From assembly GCA_045612665.1 (NCBI GenBank), contig JAZKZO010000004.1:1418-65417 (forward strand): a stretch of DNA of 64,000 nt. Direction: 5' to 3'. This document shows positions 26,819-37,197 of the stretch, piece by piece. The stretch's first letter is position 1. Each line of letters begins with the position of its first letter. Under the pieces are notes generated by a model. That model saw only the letters and a program-made list of their open reading frames with translations. It did no database searches and was not told the origin of the DNA. A program made the position numbers and the translations under genes. The DNA comes from Eubacteriales bacterium. Lineage in GTDB: Bacteria; Bacillota; Clostridia; Oscillospirales; CAG-272.

Positions 26819-28824
26819 TAAGGGTAAGTGAAAACGCAGGCTTTTGCTTTGGCGTAAGGCGCGCTACCGATACAATAGAGTCGCTTATCAAAAATATGCG
26901 AGAGGGCGACGTTATTTGTACCCTCGGCAAGCTCATTCATAACGAGCAGTATTGTGATTATCTTAAGGCTCACGGAGTGCGCGAAATATCGGGCGACTCC
27001 CTTGACGGGCTATACGAGCTTGCAAAGCAGGGAAAAAGCGTAACCTTGGTAACAAGAGCGCACGGGATTGAAAGGGAGCTGAGCGCTCGCCTTGAAAGCT
27101 TTTCCGATTCGTGCAGTACCTTTAAGGTCGTGGACGCAACCTGTCCGTACGTTACGAAGATTCATAAAATTGTAAAAGAAAACTCCGATAAGGACAAGCA
27201 CTTCTTCATAATCGGTGGAGAAAACCATCCCGAGGTGCGTTCGATATGGAGCTACGTTGACGGTAAGGGGCATATTTGCGCCGACTCAGGTGAGCTTGAA
27301 AATACGATTTCAGGCTTAACTGACCTCGAAAAAGGCGTTGTTTGTGTCGCTCAAACGACTCAAAAGCTCTCAGAATGGAAAAAATGTCAACAAATTATAA
27401 AAAAATACTGTACAAATGCAAAAATATTTGATACAATATGTAGTGTTACCGAAAAAAGACAGGCTGAAGCGCTTGAGCTTAGTCGCTTGTGCGACGTTAT
27501 GCTTGTAATCGGCGGTAAGGATAGCTCAAATACGGCTAAGCTTTACCAAATATGTTGTGCGAACGCTAAAAAGGCGTTTTGGATTCAAACAAAGGACGAT
27601 ATCCCGTTTGACCAAATTGCGACAACTGATAAAATAGGAATAACTGCCGGAGCCTCAACTCCGGATAGTATAATACAGGAGGTAAAAAGAACTATGAGCG
27701 AAATCATGGAAAACTTTGCTGAGCTTTTTGAAGCTAGCGAAAAGGAAACCCAAAAAATATATAAAGGAGCAATTGTCAAGGGTATTGTTATGTCTATCTC
27801 GGAAAACGAGATATCTTTGGATTTAGGTGTAAAGCACACTGGTACTATCAAGCGTGACCAAATTACATCTGATAACGAAGTTAAGCTTAGCGACCTATTC
27901 AAAATCGGTGACGAGATTGATGCGAAGGTTATCGCCAAGAGCGACTTGGACGGAATCACTCTTTCCAAGAAGGTTGTTGACGACGTTAAGAACTGGGAAA
28001 AGATTGTTGAGTACGCAAATAACGGTACAGTTGTTGACGCTGTTGTTACAAAGGCAACAAAGGGTGGCGTTATCGTAGCGGTTGACGGTGTTGAGGTATT
28101 CGTTCCTGCTTCAATGACAGGCGTTGGCAAGGACAAGGATCTTGGCGAGCTTGTAAAGACAGCACAAAAGATTAAGATTGTTGAAATCAAGGAAGACAGA
28201 CGTCGTGCAATCGGCTCTATCAAGGCTGTTATGAGAGAAGAAAAGAAGGCACAGCAGGAGGCATTCTGGGCATCCGTTGAGGAGGGCGCAGAGTTCGAGG
28301 GAGCTGTTAGAAGCATCACTCCTTACGGTGCATTCGTTGATCTCGGCGGTGTTGACGGTCTTGTACATATCACAGAGCTCTCTTGGAAGAGAATTAAGAA
28401 TCCTTCCGAGGTTGTAAGCGTTGGCGATACAATCAAGGTATTCGTTAAGTCATTTGACAAGGAAGCAAAGAAGATCTCTCTTGGCTATAAGACAGACGAT
28501 CAAAATCCTTGGAACGTATTCAAGTCAAAGTATGCTGAAAACGATGTAGCACAGGTTAAGATTGTTGGCATCACAAGCTTCGGCGCATTCGCTGAAATCG
28601 TTGACGGTGTTGACGGACTTATCCACATTAGCCAAATTGCTAACAAGAAGATTGATAACGTTGCTGAGGCAATCAAGGTTGGCGACGTTGTTGATGCTAA
28701 GATCGTTGCAGTTGACGACGAAAAGCAAAAGGTAAGCCTTTCAATTCGCGCACTTCTCCCTGAGGAAGAGGTTGTAAGCGAGGAAGCACCTGTAGCTGAA
28801 GAAGCAGTAGCAGACGCTGAATAA
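26815..28824 (+). CDS. ispH: Fusion of 4-hydroxy-3-methylbut-2-enyl diphosphate reductase (IspH) and ribosomal protein S1 repeats
   Basis: The ATG 26815 overlaps the plsC stop (ATGA). N-terminal half has the IspH signature (GFCFGVRRA, HNE, ITAGASTP). C-terminal half has four S1 domains (GAFVDLGGVDGLVHISE-type). Confidence 0.9.
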   Translation: MIRVSENAGFCFGVRRATDTIESLIKNMREGDVICTLGKLIHNEQYCDYLKAHGVREISGDSLDGLYELAKQGKSVTLVTRAHGIERELSARLESFSDSCSTFKVVDATCPYVTKIHKIVKENSDKDKHFFIIGGENHPEVRSIWSYVDGKGHICADSGELENTISGLTDLEKGVVCVAQTTQKLSEWKKCQQIIKKYCTNAKIFDTICSVTEKRQAEALELSRLCDVMLVIGGKDSSNTAKLYQICCANAKKAFWIQTKDDIPFDQIATTDKIGITAGASTPDSIIQEVKRTMSEIMENFAELFEASEKETQKIYKGAIVKGIVMSISENEISLDLGVKHTGTIKRDQITSDNEVKLSDLFKIGDEIDAKVIAKSDLDGITLSKKVVDDVKNWEKIVEYANNGTVVDAVVTKATKGGVIVAVDGVEVFVPASMTGVGKDKDLGELVKTAQKIKIVEIKEDRRRAIGSIKAVMREEKKAQQEAFWASVEEGAEFEGAVRSITPYGAFVDLGGVDGLVHITELSWKRIKNPSEVVSVGDTIKVFVKSFDKEAKKISLGYKTDDQNPWNVFKSKYAENDVAQVKIVGITSFGAFAEIVDGVDGLIHISQIANKKIDNVAEAIKVGDVVDAKIVAVDDEKQKVSLSIRALLPEEEVVSEEAPVAEEAVADAE

Positions 28825-28832
28825 AATAACAA

Positions 28833-28865
28833 AAACACCCACAAGTAAATCTTGTGGGTGTTTTA
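28833..28865 (+). terminator. Rho-independent terminator
   Basis: acacccacaag-taaat-cttgtgggtgt followed by ttt. Confidence 0.7.
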
Positions 28866-28876
28866 AAAGTAAACGC

Positions 28877-28969
28877 TTATCTACAACCGCAACACTGAAT
28901 TACAAGAATTGCGATGATAACGAGCCAAAGAACCTCGTTATCGAAAAGGCTGCACAAACAGTTGTTCAT
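28877..28969 (-). CDS. Candidate 30-aa cysteine-rich membrane peptide
   Basis: Not in the ORF track because it is too short. My translation is MNNCLCSLFDNEVLWLVIIAILVIQCCGCR. aagg RBS about 9 nt upstream, with a CATAgtaTA sigma-K-like -10 further upstream. Confidence 0.4.
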   Translation of the reverse strand: MNNCLCSLFDNEVLWLVIIAILVIQCCGCR

Positions 28970-29048
28970 AGTAATACCTTACCCTTTTAAGATTGAGGAT
29001 TTTATCCTCTGCTTATATACTATGTCGGTTTGTGTCGGTTGCTACCTT

Positions 29049-29684
29049 TTATTTTAAAATTAAGGAGTCGCTTTCAAGAAATTCGTGTGCTATGATGGTG
29101 CTATTTGTCGGAATGTCCGCGCTTGCACCGCATTTTACGCATCTTACCGTAACGTGGTCATCATAAATATCACAGGAGAACTCTCCCTTGCCAGCACAGT
29201 TACAGTGGATTGCGTTTTCCTCGTTTAATTCATTTATTGTAAATCTTATAATTTCGAGGATTTGAGGATCACAAAGCTCATCACGGTCCTTTTCCTCGTT
29301 TTTAAGCGATTCGATATTTTCCTCGCCAAGAAGAGCCAAAAGCTCCTTGTTAGACGCGTCAATTGCCTCGGCTACGTTATTTTCACGGCCGATGAAGCAA
29401 ATATCAATTCCTGACATAGAGCAGGGAATTACGAAAATATCGCTATCAAAAAATACAGAGCTTGAAAGCAAATGTGAGTGCGTGGTGTTGCACGCAAGGC
29501 ACGGGAAGGTAAGACGCATCTTGCCGTCGCTTGTCTTTTCAACGGTCATTTCACTTCCGTGGCAATCGCATTTTAGACGGAAAAAGCTTCCGCTAAGAGA
29601 AAATGCGCCAACCATACTGGTTGTAACTCCACCGCACGTAGGGCATCTATATGCAAGCGTTGTTTGCTTTTGGTTCAAAATCAT
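29049..29684 (-). CDS. Cysteine-rich (zinc-ribbon-like) hypothetical protein
   Basis: 211 aa with CPTCG...CDCH...CLAC at the N-terminus and CNC...CVKCG at the C-terminus. agaggtga RBS. Confidence 0.6.
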   Translation of the reverse strand: MILNQKQTTLAYRCPTCGGVTTSMVGAFSLSGSFFRLKCDCHGSEMTVEKTSDGKMRLTFPCLACNTTHSHLLSSSVFFDSDIFVIPCSMSGIDICFIGRENNVAEAIDASNKELLALLGEENIESLKNEEKDRDELCDPQILEIIRFTINELNEENAIHCNCAGKGEFSCDIYDDHVTVRCVKCGASADIPTNSTIIAHEFLESDSLILK

Positions 29685-29759
29685 AAAATCACCTCTTAAT
29701 GGTTTGGTTTAGTTAAGTATACTACAAAAAATATTACTTGTCAAGAAAGGAGAACAAAT

Positions 29760-32144
29760 ATGAGTGCGATTTACGATCATAAATCGGGCGCAGTCCTTGT
29801 CAGCGCATATGAGCTTTGCTCTTACGTGCTTCGAGGCGGAGATATAGATAGCCGAAATTTTAAGCACGGTAATAAAATCGGTGGAACAATCGCTTCTCAT
29901 CAAATGAAGCCTGCAAAGCCGAACGTCGTTGACGCCTATACGGTGTCAATGCTATGCGATGGCGTTACCTTGACAGTATATACCTATCCCGAGGGAATAA
30001 GACGGGAGGAAAACGGTACATATACAGTTGAAAAAATACATACCGTTCCCTATAATCTTGACGATATCTCTAATGGCGAGCTTGAAATTGCAATTGCCGC
30101 CATTACGTGCTCTGCATATATAGTTTCGAAAAATCTCGGCGGTAATCGCGTTAACGCACGTCTTGTGTTTATGAAGAGCGGAAGCGATGAAATGCGTACC
30201 TTTGCACAGGTCCTTGACACTCACGAGTGTGAGGCACAGTTCAATTCCTATACCGATATGTTCGCTCCGTTTGTGAAAATCATCGCATCAAGGGCGGTGG
30301 ATACCACAAAACAGCTCTCCGAGCTTAAATTCCCATTCAAGGGCGGAGTTCGTGAGGCTCAAAAGGAGTTTATCTTGGAAGCCTTTCGCACCATTAAGGC
30401 AAGACGTCGCCTTATGGTTCAAGCCCCTACTGGAACAGGAAAGACAATGGCATCTCTTTATCCCGCACTCAAATCAATAGGTGAGGGCTATGCCGACAAG
30501 ATTTTCTATTTTACAGGAAAGGCTACAACTGCATATTCGGCACTCAATGCCGTTGAAATAATGCGTAGCTCACTCCCCGATTTTCGTTCAATTATAATCA
30601 CGTCAAAGGACAAATGCTGTACATCGTTTAAGCCAACGGAGCATAGAAAGTGCGATCCAAAGCATTGTCCTCGCGCTATGGCATACTACGATAAAATCAA
30701 CGTAGCATTAATAGATTTGCTCGAAAATTATCGCACCTATACAAAAGAGGTAATCGACGAGGTTGCCGACCGATACGGTCTTTGTTCGTACGAGCTGTCT
30801 CTTGAGCTTTCCGAATGGTGTGAGCTTATCGTTTGCGACTATAACTATCTGTTCGACCTTCAGGTTTACCTAAGAAGATACTTTACATCTCCCGATGCAA
30901 ATTATATTTTCTTAATCGACGAGGCGCACAACCTGCCCGATAGAGCAAGGGAAATGTATTCAGCAACTCTTGAACGCACAACCTTCAAATCATTACAGGC
31001 AAAATTCCAAAATAACAAACACATATCCGCGCCAATTGACGACGTGCTCGGTAAATTTGACACTCTTTACGAGCTTGCAATGCATGAAAAAAGAGAGTAC
31101 GAGGGGCAGTTTTACGGCTTCTATATTACCTCTCAGCTCCCCGACGATATCGCAAACGAGTTTACCGCATTTGTCAAGGGCTGTGAAAAAATGTTTTCAA
31201 AAGACCAAAACGACGACGAGCTTCTTGATGCATATTATGACGTTAAGCATATGCTTAAAATTTGCGAGATATTTGACAAGCGCTTTACAATGTACGTTGA
31301 GGCGCAAGGAAACGACGTTAAGCTGAGGCTTATGTGTCTTGACGTTTCCCGACTTGTCGATATAGCTATGAAGAAGGGCTCTGCCTCGATTTTGTTCTCC
31401 GCAACGCTCACTCCCCCCGAATATTTCTCGGATATTTTGGGATGCGAAAAGTCCGAATCTCTCACACTCCCCTCGCCATTTGAGAAGGAAAACCTATGTC
31501 TTCTCGGCATAAATAACCTTAGCACCCGTTATGAGGACAGGCAAAAGAGCGCCATGTCCGTTGCGAACGTTATAAGAGCAACGATTGCAGGAAAGCAAGG
31601 AAACTATATCGTCTATTTTCCGTCGTATAGCTATCTTGCCGAGGTTAAAGAGGTCTTTGAAAAGCGTTATCCAAACATAAGCATAACTGCCCAAAGCAGG
31701 AGCATGTCGGAGAGCGCGAAAAAGGACTTTCTTGATGCCTTTGATGCCAAAAAGGAAGGCACACTTGTCGGATTTTGCGTGCTTGGCGGTAGCTTCTCCG
31801 AGGGTATCGACCTTCGCGGTGAGCGACTTATCGGTGCTATAATCGTCGGTGTAGGCTTGCCTACTATCAGCACGGAGCTTAACATAATCAAGGAATACTT
31901 TGACAACACTCGCGAAAACGGATATGCCTATGCCTACACCTATCCCGGAATGATAAAGGTATTACAGGCTGCCGGCCGTGTTATTCGAAGCGAGGAGGAG
32001 CGAGGAGTAGTCGTTTTAATCGACGATAGATTTGCAACTCCCGAATATTATGAGCTTATGCCCGATCATTGGCGACACCTTCAATTTTTAACGAATGCAA
32101 ACGATCTTTTAAGGGAAGTTACCGATTTTTGGAAAAAATCGTAA
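29760..32144 (+). CDS. DinG/XPD (Rad3)-family ATP-dependent DNA helicase with an about 190-aa N-terminal extension
   Basis: 794 aa. Walker A APTGTGKT, DEAH box (LIDEAHNL), a Cys cluster CCTSF...C...HC in the Fe-S position, and C-terminal helicase motifs (VLQAAGRVIRSEEERGVVVLIDDRF). Confidence 0.8.
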   Translation: MSAIYDHKSGAVLVSAYELCSYVLRGGDIDSRNFKHGNKIGGTIASHQMKPAKPNVVDAYTVSMLCDGVTLTVYTYPEGIRREENGTYTVEKIHTVPYNLDDISNGELEIAIAAITCSAYIVSKNLGGNRVNARLVFMKSGSDEMRTFAQVLDTHECEAQFNSYTDMFAPFVKIIASRAVDTTKQLSELKFPFKGGVREAQKEFILEAFRTIKARRRLMVQAPTGTGKTMASLYPALKSIGEGYADKIFYFTGKATTAYSALNAVEIMRSSLPDFRSIIITSKDKCCTSFKPTEHRKCDPKHCPRAMAYYDKINVALIDLLENYRTYTKEVIDEVADRYGLCSYELSLELSEWCELIVCDYNYLFDLQVYLRRYFTSPDANYIFLIDEAHNLPDRAREMYSATLERTTFKSLQAKFQNNKHISAPIDDVLGKFDTLYELAMHEKREYEGQFYGFYITSQLPDDIANEFTAFVKGCEKMFSKDQNDDELLDAYYDVKHMLKICEIFDKRFTMYVEAQGNDVKLRLMCLDVSRLVDIAMKKGSASILFSATLTPPEYFSDILGCEKSESLTLPSPFEKENLCLLGINNLSTRYEDRQKSAMSVANVIRATIAGKQGNYIVYFPSYSYLAEVKEVFEKRYPNISITAQSRSMSESAKKDFLDAFDAKKEGTLVGFCVLGGSFSEGIDLRGERLIGAIIVGVGLPTISTELNIIKEYFDNTRENGYAYAYTYPGMIKVLQAAGRVIRSEEERGVVVLIDDRFATPEYYELMPDHWRHLQFLTNANDLLREVTDFWKKS

Positions 32145-32221
32145 AAAACTATTGTAAAATCGGCTTATTAGTGATACAATAGAGTGAATTTAAATTTTTT
32201 ACATTATAAAGAGGTATAGAA

Positions 32222-33616
32222 ATGCAAAGAACATTAGTTAAGGAAATCTTCCAAAATCCTTCTGATTTTGCTAACAAGGAAGTAACCGTTTGCGGTTGGA
32301 CAAGAACAATCCGTTCATCTAACGCATTTGGATTTATCGAGCTTAATGACGGTAGCTACCACACAAATATTCAGGTTGTTTTTGAAGAGGCATTTCTTGG
32401 TAATTATAAGGAAATCGCAAAGCAAAACGTTGGTACCGCCTTCGTTGTAAAGGGAACACTCGTTCTCACTCCCGAGGCAAAGCAACCATTTGAAATTAAG
32501 GCTAAGGAGATTGAGATTGAGGGCGCGTCAACACCTGACTACCCACTCCAAAAGAAAAGACACTCTCTTGAGTTTTTGCGTACAATCGCACACCTTCGTC
32601 CAAGAACAAACCTTTTCAGCGCAGTATTTAGAGTGCGCTCGGTTGCCGCTTTCGCAATCCATAAGTTCTTTAACGAAAGAAACTTCGTTTACGTTCATAC
32701 ACCGATAATCACAGGCTCTGACTGTGAGGGCGCAGGTGAAATGTTCCGCCTTACAACTCTCGATATGGAAAATCTTCCAAAAACCGAGGAAGGAAAGGTT
32801 GATTATTCCAAGGACTTCTTTGGCAAGAGCGTAAACCTTACCGTATCAGGACAGCTTAGCGCTGAAACCTATGCTATGGCGTTCGCAAACGTTTACACCT
32901 TCGGTCCTACCTTTAGAGCTGAGCGTTCAAATACGGCCCGTCATGCAGCTGAATTCTGGATGATGGAGCCTGAAATCGCATTTGCAGACCTTAACGACGA
33001 TATGCGCCTTGCTGAGGATATGATTAAGTACGTTGTTAAGCACGTAATGGATAATTGCCCTGCTGAAATCGAATTCTTTAATAAATTCGTTGACAACACT
33101 CTCGTTGACCGTCTTACAAACCTTCTTGAAAACGATTTCGGACACGTAACCTATACCGAGGCTATCGAAATCCTTAAGAACAGTGGCGAAAAGTTCGAAT
33201 ATCCTGTTGAATGGGGTATCGATATGCAAACCGAGCACGAAAGATACATTACCGAAAAGGTATTCGGTAAGCCTGTATTCGTAACCGACTATCCTGCTGA
33301 CATTAAGGCGTTCTATATGCGTCTAAACGACGACGGAAAGACCGTTGCCGCAATGGATATGCTCGTTCCGGGCGTTGGAGAGCTTATCGGTGGCTCACAG
33401 CGTGAGGAAAGACTCGATATGCTTCTTAAGGCAATGGAGAAGTTCAATCTTAACGAAGAGGATTACTGGTGGTATCTTGAGCTTCGTAAGTACGGTGGAA
33501 CAAAGCACGCAGGCTTTGGTCTTGGCTTCGAAAGACTTATTATGTATATCACAGGCGTTTCTAACATTAGAGACGTTGAATCCTATCCAAGAACAACAGG
33601 TAGCGCTGAGTTCTAA
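32222..33616 (+). CDS. asnS: Asparagine--tRNA ligase
   Basis: 464 aa. OB-fold N-terminus and class II motifs ([36 protein letters not shown]). Confidence 0.92.
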   Translation: MQRTLVKEIFQNPSDFANKEVTVCGWTRTIRSSNAFGFIELNDGSYHTNIQVVFEEAFLGNYKEIAKQNVGTAFVVKGTLVLTPEAKQPFEIKAKEIEIEGASTPDYPLQKKRHSLEFLRTIAHLRPRTNLFSAVFRVRSVAAFAIHKFFNERNFVYVHTPIITGSDCEGAGEMFRLTTLDMENLPKTEEGKVDYSKDFFGKSVNLTVSGQLSAETYAMAFANVYTFGPTFRAERSNTARHAAEFWMMEPEIAFADLNDDMRLAEDMIKYVVKHVMDNCPAEIEFFNKFVDNTLVDRLTNLLENDFGHVTYTEAIEILKNSGEKFEYPVEWGIDMQTEHERYITEKVFGKPVFVTDYPADIKAFYMRLNDDGKTVAAMDMLVPGVGELIGGSQREERLDMLLKAMEKFNLNEEDYWWYLELRKYGGTKHAGFGLGFERLIMYITGVSNIRDVESYPRTTGSAEF

Positions 33617-33630
33617 TTTGAGGAGAAAAT

Positions 33631-34914
33631 ATGAAGAAATATTCAGAAATGACAGCACAAGAACTCGAGCAGCTTAAAAAGGAGCTCAGTGCAAAATATA
33701 AGGAATATCAGGCTAAGGACCTTAAGCTCAATATGGCAAGAGGAAAGCCCTGCGTTGAACAGCTCAACATTTCAATGGGAATGATGGACGTTTTGAGCAG
33801 TGATGACGACCTCACCTGCGACGACGGAACCGATTGCCGTAACTACGGTGTCCTTGACGGCGTTCACGAGGCGAAGGTGTTGCTTGCCGATATGATGGAG
33901 GTAGGTATCGATAACGTTATCGTATACGGCAACTCAAGCCTTAACGTAATGTACGATACAATAGCGCGCTCAATGACACACGGTGTTATGGGCTCAACTC
34001 CTTGGTGCAAGCTTGATAAGGTTAAATTCCTTTGCCCTGTTCCAGGCTATGACAGACACTTCAAAATTACCGAGTATTTCGGTATCGAAATGATAAACGT
34101 TCCTATGACAAAGGACGGTCCTGATATGGATATGGTTGAAAAGCTCGTATCCGAGGACGAAAGCATCAAGGGAATTTGGTGCGTTCCAAAGTATTCAAAC
34201 CCACAGGGATATTCTTATTCCGATGAGGTTGTTCGCCGTATGGCTCGCCTTGAACCAAAGGCTAACGATTTCAGAATTTATTGGGATAACGCATACACAG
34301 TTCATCATCTTTACGATGATGATCAGGATGAGCTTATCGAGATTCTCGACGAGTGTAAGAAGGCAGGCAATCCCGATATGGTTTATAAGTTTGCCTCAAC
34401 CTCTAAAATTAGCTTCCCGGGCTCAGGCGTATCCGTTCTTGCCTCATCACTTAATAACCTTCAGGATATTAAAAAACAGCTTACCGTTCAAACAATCGGT
34501 CATGACAAGGTAAATCAGCTTCGCCACGTTAGATATTTCAAGAATATCGACGGCATTAAGGCTCATATGAAGCTTCACGCTGACATTCTTCGTCCAAAGT
34601 TCGAGGCAGTGCTCGAAATTCTCGAAAGAGAGCTTGGTGGACTTGGTATCGGTACTTGGACAAAGCCAAAGGGCGGATATTTTATCTCCTTTGACTCTCT
34701 TGACGGCTGTGCGAAGGATATCGTTGCAAGATGCAAGAAGGCAGGCGTTGAAATGACAGGTGCAGGCGCTACCTATCCATACGGAAAGGACCCACACGAT
34801 AGCAATATCCGTATCGCACCATCATATCCACCAAAGGACGACCTCATCATCGCTGCCGAGCTTTTCGCCCTTTGCGTAAAGCTTTCAAGCATTGATAAGC
34901 TTCTTTCAAAATAA
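33631..34914 (+). CDS. PLP-dependent aminotransferase (class I/II fold)
   Basis: 427 aa. Overall similarity to aspartate/aromatic aminotransferase-like proteins; STSKISFPGSGV has the PLP-lysine context. Confidence 0.75.
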   Translation: MKKYSEMTAQELEQLKKELSAKYKEYQAKDLKLNMARGKPCVEQLNISMGMMDVLSSDDDLTCDDGTDCRNYGVLDGVHEAKVLLADMMEVGIDNVIVYGNSSLNVMYDTIARSMTHGVMGSTPWCKLDKVKFLCPVPGYDRHFKITEYFGIEMINVPMTKDGPDMDMVEKLVSEDESIKGIWCVPKYSNPQGYSYSDEVVRRMARLEPKANDFRIYWDNAYTVHHLYDDDQDELIEILDECKKAGNPDMVYKFASTSKISFPGSGVSVLASSLNNLQDIKKQLTVQTIGHDKVNQLRHVRYFKNIDGIKAHMKLHADILRPKFEAVLEILERELGGLGIGTWTKPKGGYFISFDSLDGCAKDIVARCKKAGVEMTGAGATYPYGKDPHDSNIRIAPSYPPKDDLIIAAELFALCVKLSSIDKLLSK

Positions 34915-34923
34915 AAAGAAATC

Positions 34924-34955
34924 AAAACACACCTTCAAGGTGTGTTTTTCTTTTT
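34924..34955 (+). terminator. Rho-independent terminator
   Basis: aaaacacacc-ttca-aggtgtgtttt followed by a T-run. Confidence 0.7.
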
Positions 34956-35109
34956 GTGAATTTTTTGTGAAGATTTGGAAAAAGGTTTGTGAAAATTGTT
35001 TACAAACTCAAAATTCGATGATAAAATGAAAATAGAAGGTGAAAATGCACAAGTTGTAATTGATAAATGCAATTCATTTTATTCAAAATGTCAAGAAAGG
35101 GGCGATTTT

Positions 35110-37194
35110 ATGAAGAAAATATTAATACTTGCTTTGTCTTTGATTTTGTTACTTGGAATTCTTCCATCATGCGATTCCACCCCACCCGAGCAATCGTCAT
35201 CTAGCGAAGAATCGTCCGAGTCATCAAGTAGCGCGTTGCCTGATGTCCCGTCAAATACACCACCAAAGCATGAAAATGACCTCGGTTATCCTATGGTTGT
35301 AATTGATGGTGTTGCAAAAAGAAATATTAAAAATATAAATGTATCAGATGATGACGCGTCATTGCCTCTTGTTGCTACCTTGCAGGAGTCAGGTGCTAAG
35401 ATTGAGTGGTTTAATGAAAGAGTTGCCCATATTACGATTAATGACCAAAAGAAATGGATTCTTGATATAAAGGAGCCGTATTTATCACCGTATGGTGCTA
35501 CAAACACCTCTAAGGAAAATGTGATTGTAGTATCGGATGAAGAATATGCTTTAATAGAAAAGGATATAATTCTTCCACTATCGGTTGTTAGCAATGTTTT
35601 TGACAAGCTATTTTATAAAGAAAATCCTATAATATCCTTTGATAGTGAAAGCTACATTATAGATATTAACATAAATAATTATGACGGAGAATACCGTAAC
35701 GAAATAGAGGTTTCTCCTTTATATAATCTTTCCGAGGATGGAACCTATTACTATATTGACGGAATATTCGGATATAGTTCTGATAGCGATTATTTCAATG
35801 TAAAGATAGATTCAACTGTCGATGGCATTCCAGTTAAGGAAATTCGCTCCTTGTCAATTCGTAGATACTATAGCTATGATGTTATTGAGCCGGAGTTGAA
35901 TTACGATAGCTATGAGAGAGCAATAAAGTATTATTATGATAAAAACGTTAAAATAGCGCTTTTGAAAATTCCTAATACAATAGAGACAATTAGTGAAGGT
36001 GCATTTGATATTTCCTATATTGGAGAGATTCAGATTGATTCAAACAATAAAAGCTTTAAATATGTTGACGGTATTTTGTACTCGTATGACGGTAAAAAAT
36101 TAATAAGACAAATCAACATTGATTCGTTAAATGAAATCACGGTTTTGGACGGTACTGAGACAATAGCTAAGGAAGCGTTCAAAAACAACGAAAAGCTTAC
36201 GACTATTAAATTGCCAAGCACGCTTATAGCAATAGAAGAAAATGCGTTTTTAAATTGTCATAGACTAGTTGAAATATACAATCTATCCTCGCTTGATATT
36301 CAAGCAGGAAACGATGAAAACGGTATGGTTGCTAAATATGCATTGGGAATTTATACCTCGAATGATACGCCAAGCGCAATAAAGCTTATAAACGAGGATT
36401 TTGTGTTCTTTGAAAACGAAAAAATAATGGTGTTAGTTAACTATATAGGTGAAGATAGAGTGGTTAATTTGCCAATAGTTGATAGAGAATATAAAATCGG
36501 AGCCAATGCGTTTCGTGATAATAAGCAAATTTTCCAAATATACATTCCAAGCTGTGTAACACATGTAAGTAATGGTGCATTTTCGGGAGCAACAAATTTA
36601 TATAGAGTAAATTTGAACAGTATTGATTATTTTCTTAAAATAACTTTTGTGTCTAGCCCGTTAGAGTATGGAGCATCTATCTATGTAGGCGGCAAATGCT
36701 TGAAAAGCGTTACAATTACAAGGGATATTCTTCGAGGTGCATTTAAAAATTGCACATCAATAGAAGAGGTTATTTTGGCCGAGGGAGTTTCACGCATTGA
36801 GGATGAGGCGTTTAGAAATTGTGCTAATTTGGAAAGAGTTATAATGGCAAATACAGTTGTAGAGATAGGCTCGTATGCATTTGCTGAATGTAAGTCGTTA
36901 AAGGAGCTTGAACTGAGCCCTAGCCTTCGAGAAATTCCCGAATATTGCTTTACCGAGTGCGACTTTTTAAGAAAGGTTGTAATTCCAAAGAGCGTTCTTA
37001 AAATAAAGAAACGTGCATTTTATGGTTGTAATTTGCTCGACACCGTAAAGCTACACGATAACCTTGATTATGTCGGCTCGCAGGCGTTTGCCAACTGCAA
37101 CCAATTAAGAGTAATTTATATTCCGTATGGACTTCCAAGAGCAAATGATGCCTTTGACGGCGTGCAGGTTATCCAAAGAGAACATTTTGATTAA
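35110..37194 (+). CDS. BspA-type leucine-rich-repeat lipoprotein
   Basis: Start moved to ATG 35110 (MKKILILALSLILLLGILPSCDS, lipobox LPSC). The track start sits upstream of the TTTACA-17-TAAAAT promoter. LRR_5-type repeats in the C-terminal half. Confidence 0.75.
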   Translation: MKKILILALSLILLLGILPSCDSTPPEQSSSSEESSESSSSALPDVPSNTPPKHENDLGYPMVVIDGVAKRNIKNINVSDDDASLPLVATLQESGAKIEWFNERVAHITINDQKKWILDIKEPYLSPYGATNTSKENVIVVSDEEYALIEKDIILPLSVVSNVFDKLFYKENPIISFDSESYIIDININNYDGEYRNEIEVSPLYNLSEDGTYYYIDGIFGYSSDSDYFNVKIDSTVDGIPVKEIRSLSIRRYYSYDVIEPELNYDSYERAIKYYYDKNVKIALLKIPNTIETISEGAFDISYIGEIQIDSNNKSFKYVDGILYSYDGKKLIRQINIDSLNEITVLDGTETIAKEAFKNNEKLTTIKLPSTLIAIEENAFLNCHRLVEIYNLSSLDIQAGNDENGMVAKYALGIYTSNDTPSAIKLINEDFVFFENEKIMVLVNYIGEDRVVNLPIVDREYKIGANAFRDNKQIFQIYIPSCVTHVSNGAFSGATNLYRVNLNSIDYFLKITFVSSPLEYGASIYVGGKCLKSVTITRDILRGAFKNCTSIEEVILAEGVSRIEDEAFRNCANLERVIMANTVVEIGSYAFAECKSLKELELSPSLREIPEYCFTECDFLRKVVIPKSVLKIKKRAFYGCNLLDTVKLHDNLDYVGSQAFANCNQLRVIYIPYGLPRANDAFDGVQVIQREHFD

Positions 37195-37197
37195 AAA

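Noticed and set aside
27585-28319. 244-aa minus-strand ORF antisense to the S1 repeats. Similar long antisense ORFs occur at 213-851, 9776-10447, 21026-21697, 26365-26973, 41231-41854 and 50812-51666.
   Set aside because: All lie fully inside well-supported genes on the other strand, have low-complexity or odd composition, and lack RBSs. They are shadow ORFs.
29760-32144. DinG-like helicase as a marker of a defence island (type IV CRISPR or other).
   Set aside because: There are no Csf/Cas genes, methyltransferases, nucleases or other defence genes nearby. The neighbours are asnS and ispH/rpsA, which fits a housekeeping repair helicase.
34985-35007. GTTTGTGAAAATTGTTTACAAAC palindrome and three TTGTGAA repeats upstream of the LRR lipoprotein gene, considered as a cre/CcpA or CRP-type site.
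   Set aside because: It lacks the central CG and the spacing of the cre consensus, and the half-sites are imperfect. It overlaps the -35 box, so a regulatory role is possible but cannot be supported from sequence alone.
34996-35109. N-terminal extensions suggested by the ORF track here and at 6247, 12231, 13331, 18749, 49560, 50494, 52184 and 60023.
   Set aside because: Each extension runs through a recognisable promoter, a terminator or the preceding gene. Each has a better internal ATG or GTG with a GGAGG-type RBS and a sensible N-terminus (signal peptide, lipobox or family-typical start).
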